In this document: positions 37,146-47,741 of the stretch, piece after piece
Layout of the letters: the number at the start of each line of letters is the position of its first letter
Numbering within the stretch: the stretch's first letter is position 1
Virus record (IMG/VR): IMGVR_UViG_3300031972_002446
Location: 101,941 to 165,940 of that record
Origin: a virus
Reading direction: 5' to 3' (one strand)
DNA length: 64,000 nt
Translations under genes and position numbers: made by a program
Notes under the pieces: model-generated
Database searches by the model: none
What the model was told of the DNA's origin: nothing
What the model saw: only the letters and a program-made list of their open reading frames with translations

Positions 37146-38304
37146 TGGAAACCTCCGGTGTAATAATATTTTTAATTTCTTCTACAGTCATTTCAGCTAT
37201 ATCGTCTTTAGGTAATTCTATAGTTTTAATATTATAGGTTCTGGAACATTTTTCTTGTATTTTTTTTATACCATCTTGACCTGCTTGATCTGAATCTAAT
37301 AATACTAATAAAGACATAGCTCCAGAACAATCTAATAGCATTTTTTGCCTATCGCTTAATGATGTTCCAAAAATAGCTATTGAGTTGTGTATACCAGCCT
37401 CTTCTAATCTCCATACATTACCTGGGCTTTCAACAATTATAGCTGTGCCAGATTTCATTATATAATCTTTTGCAAACCAGATGTTGTAAAGGTGGTCTTT
37501 GGATTTAAAAGATTTATTATGTTTCCATTTAGAATGTTTCCATGCCCATTTACCATCTACACAATCGGAAGAAGGATTATGGTAATAATCGCATTTATCA
37601 CATTTTTCGTGTATACTCCTACCTGTACAACCAACCATAAATGTGTAATCTTGATTATATACCGGTACAACAATTCTATCATGCATTTCTTTATTGACAT
37701 TATCGCATAAACCGACATCATATTTATCTAGTATTTTTTCTGAGAATCCTCTATCGATATAGTATTTTGCAGGTATCTGTAGGGTCTTTCTTATCAAATT
37801 TTTTGTAACTTTACCAATAGTTTTTATTTCAGGTTGCTCTATCGTTTGAATATGTTTAATAAAATTAATTTTTTCTTTATTGACTTTTTTAACTTTGATA
37901 TCTTTAATATTTTTATTTAATATTTTAAGGGCAAATTCTAGAGTTCTATTAAATGGAAATGTTTCATCTCCTTTTTGTGACCAATTATTTTCTCTAACAG
38001 ATAAAACACCTCGTAAAAAACCTATAATAGAAGGTTGAAAGATTTCTTCACAATGATGGGTTCTACAAACCCAGTTACCACGATAATCTTCTCCTGTATG
38101 ATAAAGATTCAAAGCTGAGGGATTGTCTCCACCGTGTATAGGGCATGACATTGTTAGCATTTTATTACTTTCTTTACAGTCTAACTCAAATATTTCACAA
38201 AGAACATCCAAGTTATCGCAAAGATCATCGCATATAGCTTTAATTTCACTTTGGCTATACGAACGGTATTTCTTCTTTTGGGTCATAGTTTGTATTATCG
38301 TCAT
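37138..38304 (-). CDS. dnaG: DNA primase (Zn-finger + TOPRIM)
   Basis: CPIH...CRTHHC, RIVVPV, LYN, IIVES, LDSDQAG; adjacent to the helicase; start may be ATG 38286. Confidence 0.85.
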   Translation of the reverse strand: MTIIQTMTQKKKYRSYSQSEIKAICDDLCDNLDVLCEIFELDCKESNKMLTMSCPIHGGDNPSALNLYHTGEDYRGNWVCRTHHCEEIFQPSIIGFLRGVLSVRENNWSQKGDETFPFNRTLEFALKILNKNIKDIKVKKVNKEKINFIKHIQTIEQPEIKTIGKVTKNLIRKTLQIPAKYYIDRGFSEKILDKYDVGLCDNVNKEMHDRIVVPVYNQDYTFMVGCTGRSIHEKCDKCDYYHNPSSDCVDGKWAWKHSKWKHNKSFKSKDHLYNIWFAKDYIMKSGTAIIVESPGNVWRLEEAGIHNSIAIFGTSLSDRQKMLLDCSGAMSLLVLLDSDQAGQDGIKKIQEKCSRTYNIKTIELPKDDIAEMTVEEIKNIITPEVSNV

Positions 38305-39754
38305 TATTATCGTTAATCTTAAAAGTATTATTGTTAGAATTTGGGTTGTTTGACAGTTCTAGTTTTGTTTGACCTTCTGTAATTTTAGCACACCACCCTT
38401 TCATATGACAATTGATATAGTCATTGTCATCTAAACCCGCTCCATGTCTACTTGCTAAAGGTAGTAATTTTCTGTTTCCTCCTGTTGGGCCGTCTTCTGC
38501 AATCTCTTCATCTGTTTTTCTTTTAAAGATACTGAAGTTACTACACAACCATATAATTCTATCTGAACCAGAGGCAGTATCTGTGCTTTCCTTCGTAATG
38601 CCGTCACGATTTAATTGCACAAATGCTACTATGGGTAGTTTATATTTTGTGGCAAAATTATGTAATTGTGTCATCATAAAACCAAGAAGTTGGTATTCTT
38701 TAAGGTCTTGAGACATGCCTTGAGTATCCATGAGTTTTACATAATCATAAAAAATTACACAATCTTTGGCACTACCATCATCATTAAGACCAACCTCTTT
38801 TATTAACCATCTACGCATAATAGCTATCTGTTCTTCAAAAGGTTTACCAGCTATAGACTTATAATATAACTTTGTTTCTTTAAGTTCTTTTTTAGCTTCA
38901 TATATTTTAGTTTTAAGATCATTAGAGTCTTTAAATTTACCAGTTTCAATAGTAGACATATCTATTTCTGTTTTCATGGCTAGAACACGGTTTATATGAT
39001 CTTCAGTTGTCATTTCAGTATCCATATTCAATACAGGTATACCATTAGCAGCCAAAAAATGTCCCATGTTATCCGCTAAAAGTGTTTTACCCGTTTTAGG
39101 TCTAGCGGCTATAACATTAACTGTAGATTTACGCAGACCTCCGCCTATAGCTTTATCGTATGTGGGAAAACCAGTAGATAGACCCACTTGTTCTATAGGG
39201 TTATCTTCTAAATTTTGTATATATTCATCAATATGTTCACCAATAGATTCTGGTTCGTTATTATTCTCACCTAATAACTTACCTAAATCAAAAACCTTAT
39301 TCTCTGCTATATTCAGTATGTCTGTAATAGATTCAGAACCACTAATACTATCTACTTCAGTTTGTGCTGAGTGTAGCTGATCTTTAATAAGTCTAGCTAT
39401 TTCTAGTTTTCGTATCTTAATAGCAAATCTTCTTACATTAGAAGACTCTACAGGAAATACTAGAATCGCTTTAATATGCAGAGCCTCCTCCTTAGCTGTT
39501 AAAATATCCGAACAGCCAAGCTCTTGAGAAGCTGATAACAACGAAGCTAAATCTATATTAGACACCTCGGAATGTTCATAGATATGCTTGATGCAACTAA
39601 ATATTAACTGGTTGCTATCTATAGTGAAAGACGATGAAGAAATCAAGTCAGCTATATCCAAATAAGATGTTTCGCCATATCTACAAAGACCGGCCAACAC
39701 AGCTCTTTCTGCGGAGGGATCTGATAAGGTATTTTCTTTCATTTTTACTACCAA
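38255..39754 (-). CDS. dnaB: Replicative DnaB-like helicase
   Basis: AERAVL, GLSTGF...DKAIGGG, AARPKTGKT, DYVKLM, QLNR, SGS; start may be ATG 39742. Confidence 0.93.
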   Translation of the reverse strand: MVVKMKENTLSDPSAERAVLAGLCRYGETSYLDIADLISSSSFTIDSNQLIFSCIKHIYEHSEVSNIDLASLLSASQELGCSDILTAKEEALHIKAILVFPVESSNVRRFAIKIRKLEIARLIKDQLHSAQTEVDSISGSESITDILNIAENKVFDLGKLLGENNNEPESIGEHIDEYIQNLEDNPIEQVGLSTGFPTYDKAIGGGLRKSTVNVIAARPKTGKTLLADNMGHFLAANGIPVLNMDTEMTTEDHINRVLAMKTEIDMSTIETGKFKDSNDLKTKIYEAKKELKETKLYYKSIAGKPFEEQIAIMRRWLIKEVGLNDDGSAKDCVIFYDYVKLMDTQGMSQDLKEYQLLGFMMTQLHNFATKYKLPIVAFVQLNRDGITKESTDTASGSDRIIWLCSNFSIFKRKTDEEIAEDGPTGGNRKLLPLASRHGAGLDDNDYINCHMKGWCAKITEGQTKLELSNNPNSNNNTFKINDNNDDNTNYDPKEEIPFV

Positions 39755-40183
39755 TTAACCTGCGTTAGAACAACATTTGTTACATTTATATCTTCCAGCA
39801 TCACCATGCAATAAACTTGCAGAAATTTCTTCTCTTTTACCACAAATTCTACACGTTGCTGTAATTTTTCTTTTTTGGGGTCTTCTTTTCATAGGCGGTT
39901 GTTGATATAGCTTTTTAGCAATCTTTGGGTCTTCCTTAAACATATTTGCCTCTGGCATGTCTAAAAATTTATTTTCTTTTGCGCTAGCGTTTTGCTTTGT
40001 TGAATGTTTAGCGTTAGCTGTTCTATGAGTTGTTTTTTTTGCAACTTTCTTTGTTGCTTTCTTACGAGTTTTTTTAGGATTATCTTTAGCAGGTTGTTCT
40101 TCTGGAAGCAATCCGCTAAGAAGCGTAATCAATTGTTTAATTTGTTCTGGATTTTTTAATAAATCATCAGGATTGATTGGCAT
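39755..40183 (-). CDS. Hypothetical protein with C-terminal Zn finger
   Basis: Lys-rich; CRIC...CNKC. Confidence 0.65.
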   Translation of the reverse strand: MPINPDDLLKNPEQIKQLITLLSGLLPEEQPAKDNPKKTRKKATKKVAKKTTHRTANAKHSTKQNASAKENKFLDMPEANMFKEDPKIAKKLYQQPPMKRRPQKRKITATCRICGKREEISASLLHGDAGRYKCNKCCSNAG

Positions 40184-40661
40184 TTTTCACCTTATTCCTT
40201 TGTATTGCGAGAATAATATCGGAAAGATTCTTTATACTATTCGATAAATAACTTAACCTATCCATTCTCTGTTTGGCATATTTCTGTATTTTATATAAAC
40301 TAGTGGCTTTATCGTTATTTTTTACTGCTTGGTAAAATTTTTCAATATATCCATAACCTTTATAATTGTTTAGATCTTCTGCTATAACAAGTTTAACAGA
40401 ATCTTCTGCCCAATTATGTCTAGCTATTTCACGATTTAAAGTTCTTTGAACGTGAAACGCAACTTGTCCTAATCTATACGATATTTGAGCGCAATCTTCT
40501 GGATTAAGTTTTTCTATAACATCTCTAGACATATTAAGATATTCATCTAATTCTTTACAGTTGTCAGCATTTTGAGCAACGTTAGGTAAACCCACGGAAT
40601 TTTCATATTCATCTAGGATTTGATCCCAATATTCAAGTTCTTCTTTACTAGTTTTAGGCAT
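40167..40661 (-). CDS. Helical hypothetical protein (possible recombination mediator)
   Basis: 164 aa, coiled-coil-like, two genes downstream of recA; function inferred from context only. Confidence 0.4.
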   Translation of the reverse strand: MPKTSKEELEYWDQILDEYENSVGLPNVAQNADNCKELDEYLNMSRDVIEKLNPEDCAQISYRLGQVAFHVQRTLNREIARHNWAEDSVKLVIAEDLNNYKGYGYIEKFYQAVKNNDKATSLYKIQKYAKQRMDRLSYLSNSIKNLSDIILAIQRNKVKNANQS

Positions 40662-41058
40662 TGTTAATAATCTCTAACCACTCTTCTTGTTTATTGTAAG
40701 GTAATTCTATATATGTGATATTATTAATATAGCACCACTCTTTTTTATCTCTATCTCTTTTTTGTTGTTTTAAGAAATCAATTTTACTTCTATGATAAAA
40801 AGGAATAAATTCATAATGTTGCTCTCCATGAACCTCAATACATTTTTTACTCATAGGTATAAAAAAATCCATATAAAGAGTTTCAGATTTACGTATTTGT
40901 ATCGATACTTCTTCTATAACTTGTAAAGTTGGGTATATATCTTTTAATAAATTTCTAGCAGATAAATGGAAACTGGATTTGTTGTTTAAACTACTCTTGG
41001 CGGTTAAGCCTGTTAGAGTCATATTAAACTCATTACCATCTAAACCAATAGTTTTCAT
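40654..41058 (-). CDS. DUF559/Vsr-like PD-(D/E)XK endonuclease
   Basis: YMDFFIP...CIEVHGEQHY...RDRDKKEWC. Confidence 0.75.
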   Translation of the reverse strand: MKTIGLDGNEFNMTLTGLTAKSSLNNKSSFHLSARNLLKDIYPTLQVIEEVSIQIRKSETLYMDFFIPMSKKCIEVHGEQHYEFIPFYHRSKIDFLKQQKRDRDKKEWCYINNITYIELPYNKQEEWLEIINNA

Positions 41059-42065
41059 TTTAGTCCCATGGCTTCTTTTGTCTGTAACAGTATTATATCA
41101 TATGCTTTTGGATTGTCAACAAAGAAGTTTCTAAGTTTTTCAGTTCCTTGAAATTTTTGTTTTTCTCCATCGATATCAAAACTATACCACGCTCCACCTT
41201 TAGTAATTAAACCGATATCAATAGCTAACATCATAATCTCTGTAATTTTATCTATACCAGCACCATATCTAATATATGAAGTAGTAACACCACCAGGAGG
41301 ACCTAAAGCAGAACATATTACTTGCCAATCTACTGTTTGTCCTATTTGTGTATTATCGGCGCTTAATGTCCAAGGCTTGAAGGTTTTTGCTCTCAGTTTA
41401 ATGTCTGTTTGGTAAGCTATAGCTTGACCGCTTTTCTCTTTAAATTCAGCACCATATCCTGTAGGATTACCCATTAAGTGAGTAATACCAATTACTATAT
41501 TTCTATTAACAGGAATAACATTGGCTACCTTTCTGCAAAATTTAGCCAAAAGCTTAGCACCATCTGCTCTTTGCATTTTAGACATTTCTGAAGTTATTTC
41601 AGCTTCTGTGCATAAAGCAGAATAAGAATCTATAATAACGATAGATCCCGGTTCTTCATTAATAATTCTTTCTCCGATAGATAGGTATTCCTCTCCACTA
41701 AGTATTTTACCTTCTTGAGATCCAATGATATCAAACCTATCTAAGTCTAAACCTTTAATACCTTCTAAATCCCTTTTTTTTAATCTACCCTCAATATTTA
41801 GGTAATACACATGCCTCGGTTTTTTTAAATCTCCTTGATATTCTGATTTTTGTGCGGTGGCTGCTAGATCTAAAGATGTTGTAGTTTTACCGCATTTAGG
41901 CTGCCCTGTCAGTACTATAAAGCTACCTTCTGGTATGCCTCCACCTAAAATAATATCTAAAGAGGGACTCAAAGGAATAGTGATAGATTCCCTATCAACT
42001 AAAGCTGTAGCGCTTCTCATAATCTCTGTGCCGAAATTTTTCTTTACATCTTCTTTAAGAGCCAT
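41055..42065 (-). CDS. recA: RecA/UvsX-like recombinase
   Basis: LDIILGGGIPEG, GQPKCGKTT, IVIIDS, ITKGGAWY, KFQG. Confidence 0.92.
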   Translation of the reverse strand: MALKEDVKKNFGTEIMRSATALVDRESITIPLSPSLDIILGGGIPEGSFIVLTGQPKCGKTTTSLDLAATAQKSEYQGDLKKPRHVYYLNIEGRLKKRDLEGIKGLDLDRFDIIGSQEGKILSGEEYLSIGERIINEEPGSIVIIDSYSALCTEAEITSEMSKMQRADGAKLLAKFCRKVANVIPVNRNIVIGITHLMGNPTGYGAEFKEKSGQAIAYQTDIKLRAKTFKPWTLSADNTQIGQTVDWQVICSALGPPGGVTTSYIRYGAGIDKITEIMMLAIDIGLITKGGAWYSFDIDGEKQKFQGTEKLRNFFVDNPKAYDIILLQTKEAMGLK

Positions 42066-42489
42066 TGTCGTCTAGTTCCTTGAGTTTAGAAATAATATTT
42101 GTTTTAATCTTATCTTTACGGAATTTATTATTTTTTATGTTTCTACTTTCAGTATAATCCGCAGTTAATCCTTTACTTTGATTAAAAATGTCTTGTTCTG
42201 TTTCTATGATAGGTATCAAGTGTGGTGCTCGCAAAGAATAAATTTTACGAGCCTTTGTATTTTTTAGCGCTTTGATAATAGCTGTTGAGTCATATTTTTT
42301 AAGTAATTTATGTGCAGACGCTATTTGGCTTCTATAAAAAGATGCCCACTCTTTATTAGTCCAGAATCTATAATGCAAATCTTTTCTATCTTTAATGGCT
42401 TTATTTTCGCATATAATTTCTGTAATAAACTGAGCAGCAGAAACCAGTTTACCATTTGAATATTTAGATGGGAATGTATTTTTACTCAT
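42055..42489 (-). CDS. Hypothetical protein
   Basis: 144-aa ORF coupled to neighbours. Confidence 0.6.
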   Translation of the reverse strand: MSKNTFPSKYSNGKLVSAAQFITEIICENKAIKDRKDLHYRFWTNKEWASFYRSQIASAHKLLKKYDSTAIIKALKNTKARKIYSLRAPHLIPIIETEQDIFNQSKGLTADYTESRNIKNNKFRKDKIKTNIISKLKELDDNGS

Positions 42490-42827
42490 TAGGAATCATT
42501 AGGTCTAAATATGTGTTCTTCTGTCTTTTTTGCAGAGTTGTTATGTGATTTTTTCTTTAGTTCATCATTTAAAGACGAAGCTTCTCCAGTCATAATCGCA
42601 ACACTTTTAGTGCGTTTGCTGGACGTTTCAGTAATCATTAAATCTTTTGATTTAGAACTTTGTTTTTTAGAACTTTGTTTTTTAGCTTGAGTTGGCTCGG
42701 AATGAGTCCTAATAGCAGCTTCAACTTTATCAATAGATATATTGAGTTCCGAAGCTATATCTCCAGATTTTTTATGTTGTGAATGCAACCATAATATAGC
42801 ATACTCTTGATTTTGATTTTTTTTCAT
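42489..42827 (-). CDS. Hypothetical protein with possible HTH
   Basis: Likely ATG 42827 after AAGGAG; SGDIASELNISIDKV is HTH-like. Confidence 0.5.
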   Translation of the reverse strand: MKKNQNQEYAILWLHSQHKKSGDIASELNISIDKVEAAIRTHSEPTQAKKQSSKKQSSKSKDLMITETSSKRTKSVAIMTGEASSLNDELKKKSHNNSAKKTEEHIFRPNDS

Positions 42828-42847
42828 TATTGCTCCTTGAGTTTGTT

Positions 42848-43201
42848 CTAACGCCACTTAAATTTTTTAGATGGTTTTTTCATACGAGACATTCCTTTAG
42901 GTAGTTCGCTTTTGTATACTGGGTCTTTATATTCATTATGTTTATGATGTATGCTCACTTTCTCATCATCTGATAATCTGTCGCTATTTCTTTTAGCTAA
43001 ATCACCCACTGTTTTCAATTCACTATCTGACTTTTTTACAGACATATTTACATTGAGCGCATCTTCTACATAATTTCTAGACACGTTAACAGATCCACAT
43101 TTATCACAAACTACTTTAGCTTTTTTGTCATACTCACCAAAAGTCATGAAGACTTCAAAAACTTTTTGGCATTCTTGACACTCAAAGGAATATGTAGGCA
43201 A
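42848..43201 (-). CDS. FmdB-family Zn-ribbon regulatory protein
   Basis: MPTYSFECQEC...FE...CDKCGS. Confidence 0.8.
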   Translation of the reverse strand: MPTYSFECQECQKVFEVFMTFGEYDKKAKVVCDKCGSVNVSRNYVEDALNVNMSVKKSDSELKTVGDLAKRNSDRLSDDEKVSIHHKHNEYKDPVYKSELPKGMSRMKKPSKKFKWR

Positions 43202-43202
43202 T

Positions 43203-43619
43203 TTACTTCAATCTCCTATTGATATCTTTTAGCATTCTTGCATTTTTTGTTTTTAAAAATTCTATATATTGATCAAATATACTTTGGTCAACTTCTTGAA
43301 ATTTTACTTCCTCTTTGCATACTTTATCTATAAAAGCATTCGTCTTCTTCGTTTGAACTGTGGAGTGCAAATCTATTGGATTATACGCTTCATTATTTTG
43401 GTCGCACTGAATGTGATACGTATAATAAGCCTTACGGTCTGTTATATGTTTAGACTTTCTACCATATACAGCTTTAGCACAAGCTTTGTTTACGTCTTTA
43501 GTTCTGGGGAAACCCTTATCGTCTAAAAATTCTTGTGTATCTAACAGTACATAATATTTATCATTTTTACTAGTTATTTTGTGATGGGTTATATTAAATG
43601 ATTTACTATTAATTTTCAT
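43203..43619 (-). CDS. Hypothetical protein
   Basis: 138-aa ORF coupled to neighbours. Confidence 0.6.
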   Translation of the reverse strand: MKINSKSFNITHHKITSKNDKYYVLLDTQEFLDDKGFPRTKDVNKACAKAVYGRKSKHITDRKAYYTYHIQCDQNNEAYNPIDLHSTVQTKKTNAFIDKVCKEEVKFQEVDQSIFDQYIEFLKTKNARMLKDINRRLK

Positions 43620-44194
43620 TTATAAAATTCCTGGGGTATGAATGTGGACCACTCATCTCTGTATTCTATTCTAGACCAATCAGCGTACCAAGGCAAGTAT
43701 CTTAAATTAAAATTTGGTTGTTTAGGTATATTTAACAATTCCATACCAGCTTCTTTGAGTGTCTTATCTCCCTTTTTACGATTACAAGAGGCACAAGCAG
43801 TTACTATATTAGTCCAAGAAGTTGCTGATTTACGATTATGCCATTTACATTTTGGTATAACATGATCATAGGTTAATTTATTAAAACTATATTTTTTACC
43901 ACAATATTGACATATATTATTATCTCTTAAAAATAAATTTTTACGAGTAAACTTAACACTTTGTCTTTGTGTTTTAACATATCTATTGATTTTAATAACA
44001 CATGGTAATTGAAAATTTTTATTAGATCCAATAATTGTGTCATTAGAATAAAATTGTATAATTTCAATAGCTGGGGTTTTTTGATCTTTAATCTTAAAAT
44101 ACCAAGACATAGCAGTTTTCCAATTAATTATAGATATTGGAGAATAATCTATATTTAAAACCAAACAAGCCTTATGGTTATTGATCGTTTTCAT
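43616..44194 (-). CDS. HNH endonuclease (McrA-like)
   Basis: LVLN, RDNNICQYCG, LTYDHVIP, WTNIVTACASCNRKK. Confidence 0.9.
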   Translation of the reverse strand: MKTINNHKACLVLNIDYSPISIINWKTAMSWYFKIKDQKTPAIEIIQFYSNDTIIGSNKNFQLPCVIKINRYVKTQRQSVKFTRKNLFLRDNNICQYCGKKYSFNKLTYDHVIPKCKWHNRKSATSWTNIVTACASCNRKKGDKTLKEAGMELLNIPKQPNFNLRYLPWYADWSRIEYRDEWSTFIPQEFYK

Positions 44195-44885
44195 AATTAG
44201 ACAACCTATGGACTATACTTGCTATAATAGGATTACGAACTATATCTGTCGCATATAGTTCAGAAAAACCTATACCTTCAATGTCTTGCAGTCTATCTGT
44301 TAACTTTGTAAAACCTCCTTGTTGTATTTTTTGTAAATCAGATTGTGCTACATCGCCAGTTAAAACCATTTTACTATCCATACCAATTCTTGTTAATAAC
44401 ATTTTTAATTGGTCATACGAAGCATTTTGACACTCATCGGCGACAATAAAAGCATTATGAAAACTTCTACCTCTCATCAAACCCAGAGGAACTACTTGTA
44501 ATTGTTTATTAGACTTTAATTTAGAATAATGTTGTATATGTAAAAAGTGGTTAATTTCATCATATAATGGTAAAAGATAAGGGTGTAGTTTTTCTTCTGC
44601 GGTGCCCGGTAAGAAACCTAAACGCTCTCCAGCTTCTACCACAGGTCTTGTTATAACAATTTTTTCTACTTTATCATCAAGCAAATATTCTAAAGCCATG
44701 CCAACAGCTATATGTGTTTTACCACTGCCAGCCACTCCTTGACAGAAGGTTACAGTGTTTTCAGCTACAGTTCTTATATATTCTTTTTGGTTTATACTCC
44801 TTGGTTTTAAGCGATTTTTGAATCCAACGACAACTTCTTCTGGTTTTGGGATCTTAGGTGTTGAGTTTTTGCTTTTTTTTCTCAA
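44178..44885 (-). CDS. phoH: PhoH-like ATPase
   Basis: GVAGSGKT, TRPVVEAGERLGFLPG, MRGRSF, DECQN, LTRIG, GDVAQSD; TTG start. Confidence 0.95.
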   Translation of the reverse strand: MRKKSKNSTPKIPKPEEVVVGFKNRLKPRSINQKEYIRTVAENTVTFCQGVAGSGKTHIAVGMALEYLLDDKVEKIVITRPVVEAGERLGFLPGTAEEKLHPYLLPLYDEINHFLHIQHYSKLKSNKQLQVVPLGLMRGRSFHNAFIVADECQNASYDQLKMLLTRIGMDSKMVLTGDVAQSDLQKIQQGGFTKLTDRLQDIEGIGFSELYATDIVRNPIIASIVHRLSNYENDQ

Positions 44886-44917
44886 TTGATTAGCCTTTCA
44901 AGGACAAGGAAAAAGGA

Positions 44918-47116
44918 TTAAATTAAACAGGCTCCTCCGGCACAGCTAATTTCCTCTATTCCTACAGTGTTATCCTCTGTTTCTAACAGCTGCGTATAAT
45001 CAACCTTCTGAAAACTTCCATATAGATCTGTATAAATTTTCCAATTATATACATCTTTCATACAGTATGTTAGTCTTCTAATATCTTCATTAAAGTATTT
45101 CTTTGCAAATCTTTTCATTTTGATAGCAAATAATTTCTTATCATCACCATCTTTGTCTGTTTCTTGGTTTAATGTTATGTAATCGCAAGCAGCCCACAAA
45201 TTATTATCAAATGCATTAAGACCTAATTCTATTAAGCCTGAACACCACAAAGAAGCATCCCCATATTCTTTTGCAATCTCTCTACTAGTATAAACTGTAG
45301 TAAAGGGGGCTTGAGGGTAATCTTTATCTCCACTTTGTGGTATTAAGCTAATACCAGCAAAAAACTTTCTATTATTATAAATAAATTTAGTAACATCTCC
45401 CCACTCTTCCGGTTTCACAGTGACTGTGTTACTTACATTATGACTAAGAAAATCTTGTGTACACAGAGATCTGTTTTTACCAGAATGTACCCAATTCTTT
45501 TGAGCATCTTTTACAACACCAAGCATTTCTACGGCAGGTAGTTGATTTTTTAATTTAGAACCATCTGGCACTTCTATCGGGAATTTAACAACCTCATCTG
45601 TATTATTAGCAGACCATGATGATTTCTCGCATGCTTGAGGGTTATAGCTTTTGAAATAAAGATAGGGAGGCTCTAATATATTTGCTTGTACATGACGAAT
45701 ATATCGTTTAGCATGATGTGGATGAATTCCAGAGCTTGTACCTAGCATACTACTACTTGTACCTTCAGGTTTTAAGCAAGTAACTCTTGCTGCTTGATTA
45801 ATATTAATTTGTTGAGCTAATTCTTTATTGGTGTCAACAGCAATTTTTGCGCCTTTCTTAAGTACTTTTTCTGTTAGCACAAGGTCATGTTTTTCCATGA
45901 TACCTGTAAGAGATACTCCTAGAAGAGCCTCTCGTTCAAAGATAGCATTTGTAATATCTCCTAGATATTCTAAATTGGTAAAACCTGCTTGTAAAGTACC
46001 TATAATAGCAGCGGCTTTACATCTTTCATAAAAATCCTCTTCGTCTACGACAGACGAGCAATTGATAGTGGAAAGATTGCAACCTTGCCACCCAGATTTA
46101 CCAGACTTTTCATCCACAGGCCACATACCCACCTCTACGCATGGGTTAAAAGTCATCTCTGTAGAGTCACTCCAGATAAAACCTGGCTCCCCAAACTCCT
46201 TTACGGACTCCATAAGAGCCTTAAACTGCTCAAATGTAGTATCATCTTTAAGCAATAACGCAGAATTGTTGCTCCTGGCTCTTTGAGGATTATCTACATA
46301 CCAATTGCCTGTTTTAGCTTTAGCCATCTCTTCATCATTAGGGCTAAATAACGCTAATGACGCACTTCTACGAACACCACCAGATAATACAGCATCGCTG
46401 CTGTGCATAATAATATCATAAGCATCGATAGGTCGTAATTTTTTTTGTTTGTTTTCAACACATTGCTCCAATAATTCTCGAATTTTTTCTAAACCATTTT
46501 GTAATGGCTCAAAACCTGGCGCTTTACCAACACCAGAAGATAATTGAGAACCTTTTTCTCGAATGTTACTATAGTCAAATACAATGTATTTATCTTTATA
46601 TTCTAAAAATTTTGATTCACTAGGTTTATTAAAATATGAACTTAATAAAACACCTAAAGCATCTGCCCAGCCTTCAATACTATCTTCTATTTTATACTTT
46701 ACACCTTTTCTTTTATCTTTTTTTTCTAATGAAAGATTAGGCAGTTTTGATACATGATGTTTTTGAACGCTAAAACCTGTTCCACTACCACACAACAATA
46801 ACCAAAAACATTCTTGGAAAAATCTTAGCCTATCACAATACGAACTTGTACAATTATAAATTTTTGCATGTCTCTTTAGAATGGGTTCTCCGCCAAATTG
46901 AAGAGCTCTTTGACTACCTAAAACTTTTTTCTTAAACATTAAATCGTAGGACCAGTTAATATCTTCACTAATATTAAAATCAGCATATTGAGTATGCATC
47001 ATATTTTTTACACGATCTACTGCTTCTTTCCATGTCTCTCTTCTGTTTTCACTTTCTATCCAACGAGCGTACTTACTTACAAATGTATAATTCTGTAATT
47101 CATTTAATGCCGACAT
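44918..47116 (-). CDS. nrdJ: Class II (B12-dependent) ribonucleotide reductase, monomeric type
   Basis: YNC, GGVRRSA, NPCVE, GCNL, TCLKPEGT, C-terminal CAGGAC; no small-subunit gene nearby. Confidence 0.85.
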   Translation of the reverse strand: MSALNELQNYTFVSKYARWIESENRRETWKEAVDRVKNMMHTQYADFNISEDINWSYDLMFKKKVLGSQRALQFGGEPILKRHAKIYNCTSSYCDRLRFFQECFWLLLCGSGTGFSVQKHHVSKLPNLSLEKKDKRKGVKYKIEDSIEGWADALGVLLSSYFNKPSESKFLEYKDKYIVFDYSNIREKGSQLSSGVGKAPGFEPLQNGLEKIRELLEQCVENKQKKLRPIDAYDIIMHSSDAVLSGGVRRSASLALFSPNDEEMAKAKTGNWYVDNPQRARSNNSALLLKDDTTFEQFKALMESVKEFGEPGFIWSDSTEMTFNPCVEVGMWPVDEKSGKSGWQGCNLSTINCSSVVDEEDFYERCKAAAIIGTLQAGFTNLEYLGDITNAIFEREALLGVSLTGIMEKHDLVLTEKVLKKGAKIAVDTNKELAQQININQAARVTCLKPEGTSSSMLGTSSGIHPHHAKRYIRHVQANILEPPYLYFKSYNPQACEKSSWSANNTDEVVKFPIEVPDGSKLKNQLPAVEMLGVVKDAQKNWVHSGKNRSLCTQDFLSHNVSNTVTVKPEEWGDVTKFIYNNRKFFAGISLIPQSGDKDYPQAPFTTVYTSREIAKEYGDASLWCSGLIELGLNAFDNNLWAACDYITLNQETDKDGDDKKLFAIKMKRFAKKYFNEDIRRLTYCMKDVYNWKIYTDLYGSFQKVDYTQLLETEDNTVGIEEISCAGGACLI

Positions 47117-47267
47117 ACTTGAGGAACTCCTTGGATTATAGTAAAAATAGAATTTAGCAGATGCCCTTGATGATTAATAGATAACTTCGTTTGATTACTC
47201 ATATGATAACGATCCACAAAGTAAATTACAAGGGTATAATAAATAAAAATAATTTGTTTCCGTTATA

Positions 47268-47735
47268 TTATACACCGTCGATATTATGTATCCAGCTATA
47301 GTCTGGAATAATTTTTTCAACTTGCATTTTAGTTTGTTTGATAAATAAATTAAATTTTTTTTCAGCATGTTCGTCGAATAAAATTGTTCCATGTCCTTCA
47401 GCCATAACCACTTTAGAAACACCCTCTTGCCATAAAGCCATAATACAATCATTACAGCATTGACCGGTTACGTACGCTATTCCATTGTCTGGTCTAATTA
47501 CACAGTTAGATAAAGCATTTCTTTCTGCGTGAATCATCCATTCGTATTTACCTGGTCTGTCTTTAGGTAAGACATTATCATCCATGCCTTTGGGGAAACC
47601 ATTATATCCTACTCCAATAATTCTATGTTGTTGATCAGTAATTACACAACCGTGCTGGGTGTGTATATCATGACTACGTTGAGCAACAACCTTAGCGATT
47701 CCTAAAAAATAATTTTCCCATTTTGGTCTTTCCAT
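47268..47735 (-). CDS. dCMP deaminase
   Basis: RS...HGCVI...GYNG, IHAERNAL, CNDC. Confidence 0.9.
   Translation of the reverse strand: MERPKWENYFLGIAKVVAQRSHDIHTQHGCVITDQQHRIIGVGYNGFPKGMDDNVLPKDRPGKYEWMIHAERNALSNCVIRPDNGIAYVTGQCCNDCIMALWQEGVSKVVMAEGHGTILFDEHAEKKFNLFIKQTKMQVEKIIPDYSWIHNIDGV
47269..47276 (-). promoter_or_regulatory. GGTGTATA motif (candidate phage promoter) upstream of nrdJ
   Basis: Same 8-mer precedes genes at 58864 and 62695. Confidence 0.35.
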
Positions 47736-47741
47736 GTCTAT

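Noticed and set aside
42652-42686. 15-bp tandem repeat encoding KKQSS x2
   Set aside because: A short low-complexity linker duplication with no evidence of function.
47117-47267. Cobalamin riboswitch, NrdR box or small ORF upstream of nrdJ
   Set aside because: No recognisable B12-box or NrdR palindrome, and the candidate small ORFs (including 47195..47452) lack convincing starts. An Rfam/Infernal scan would be needed to exclude an RNA element.
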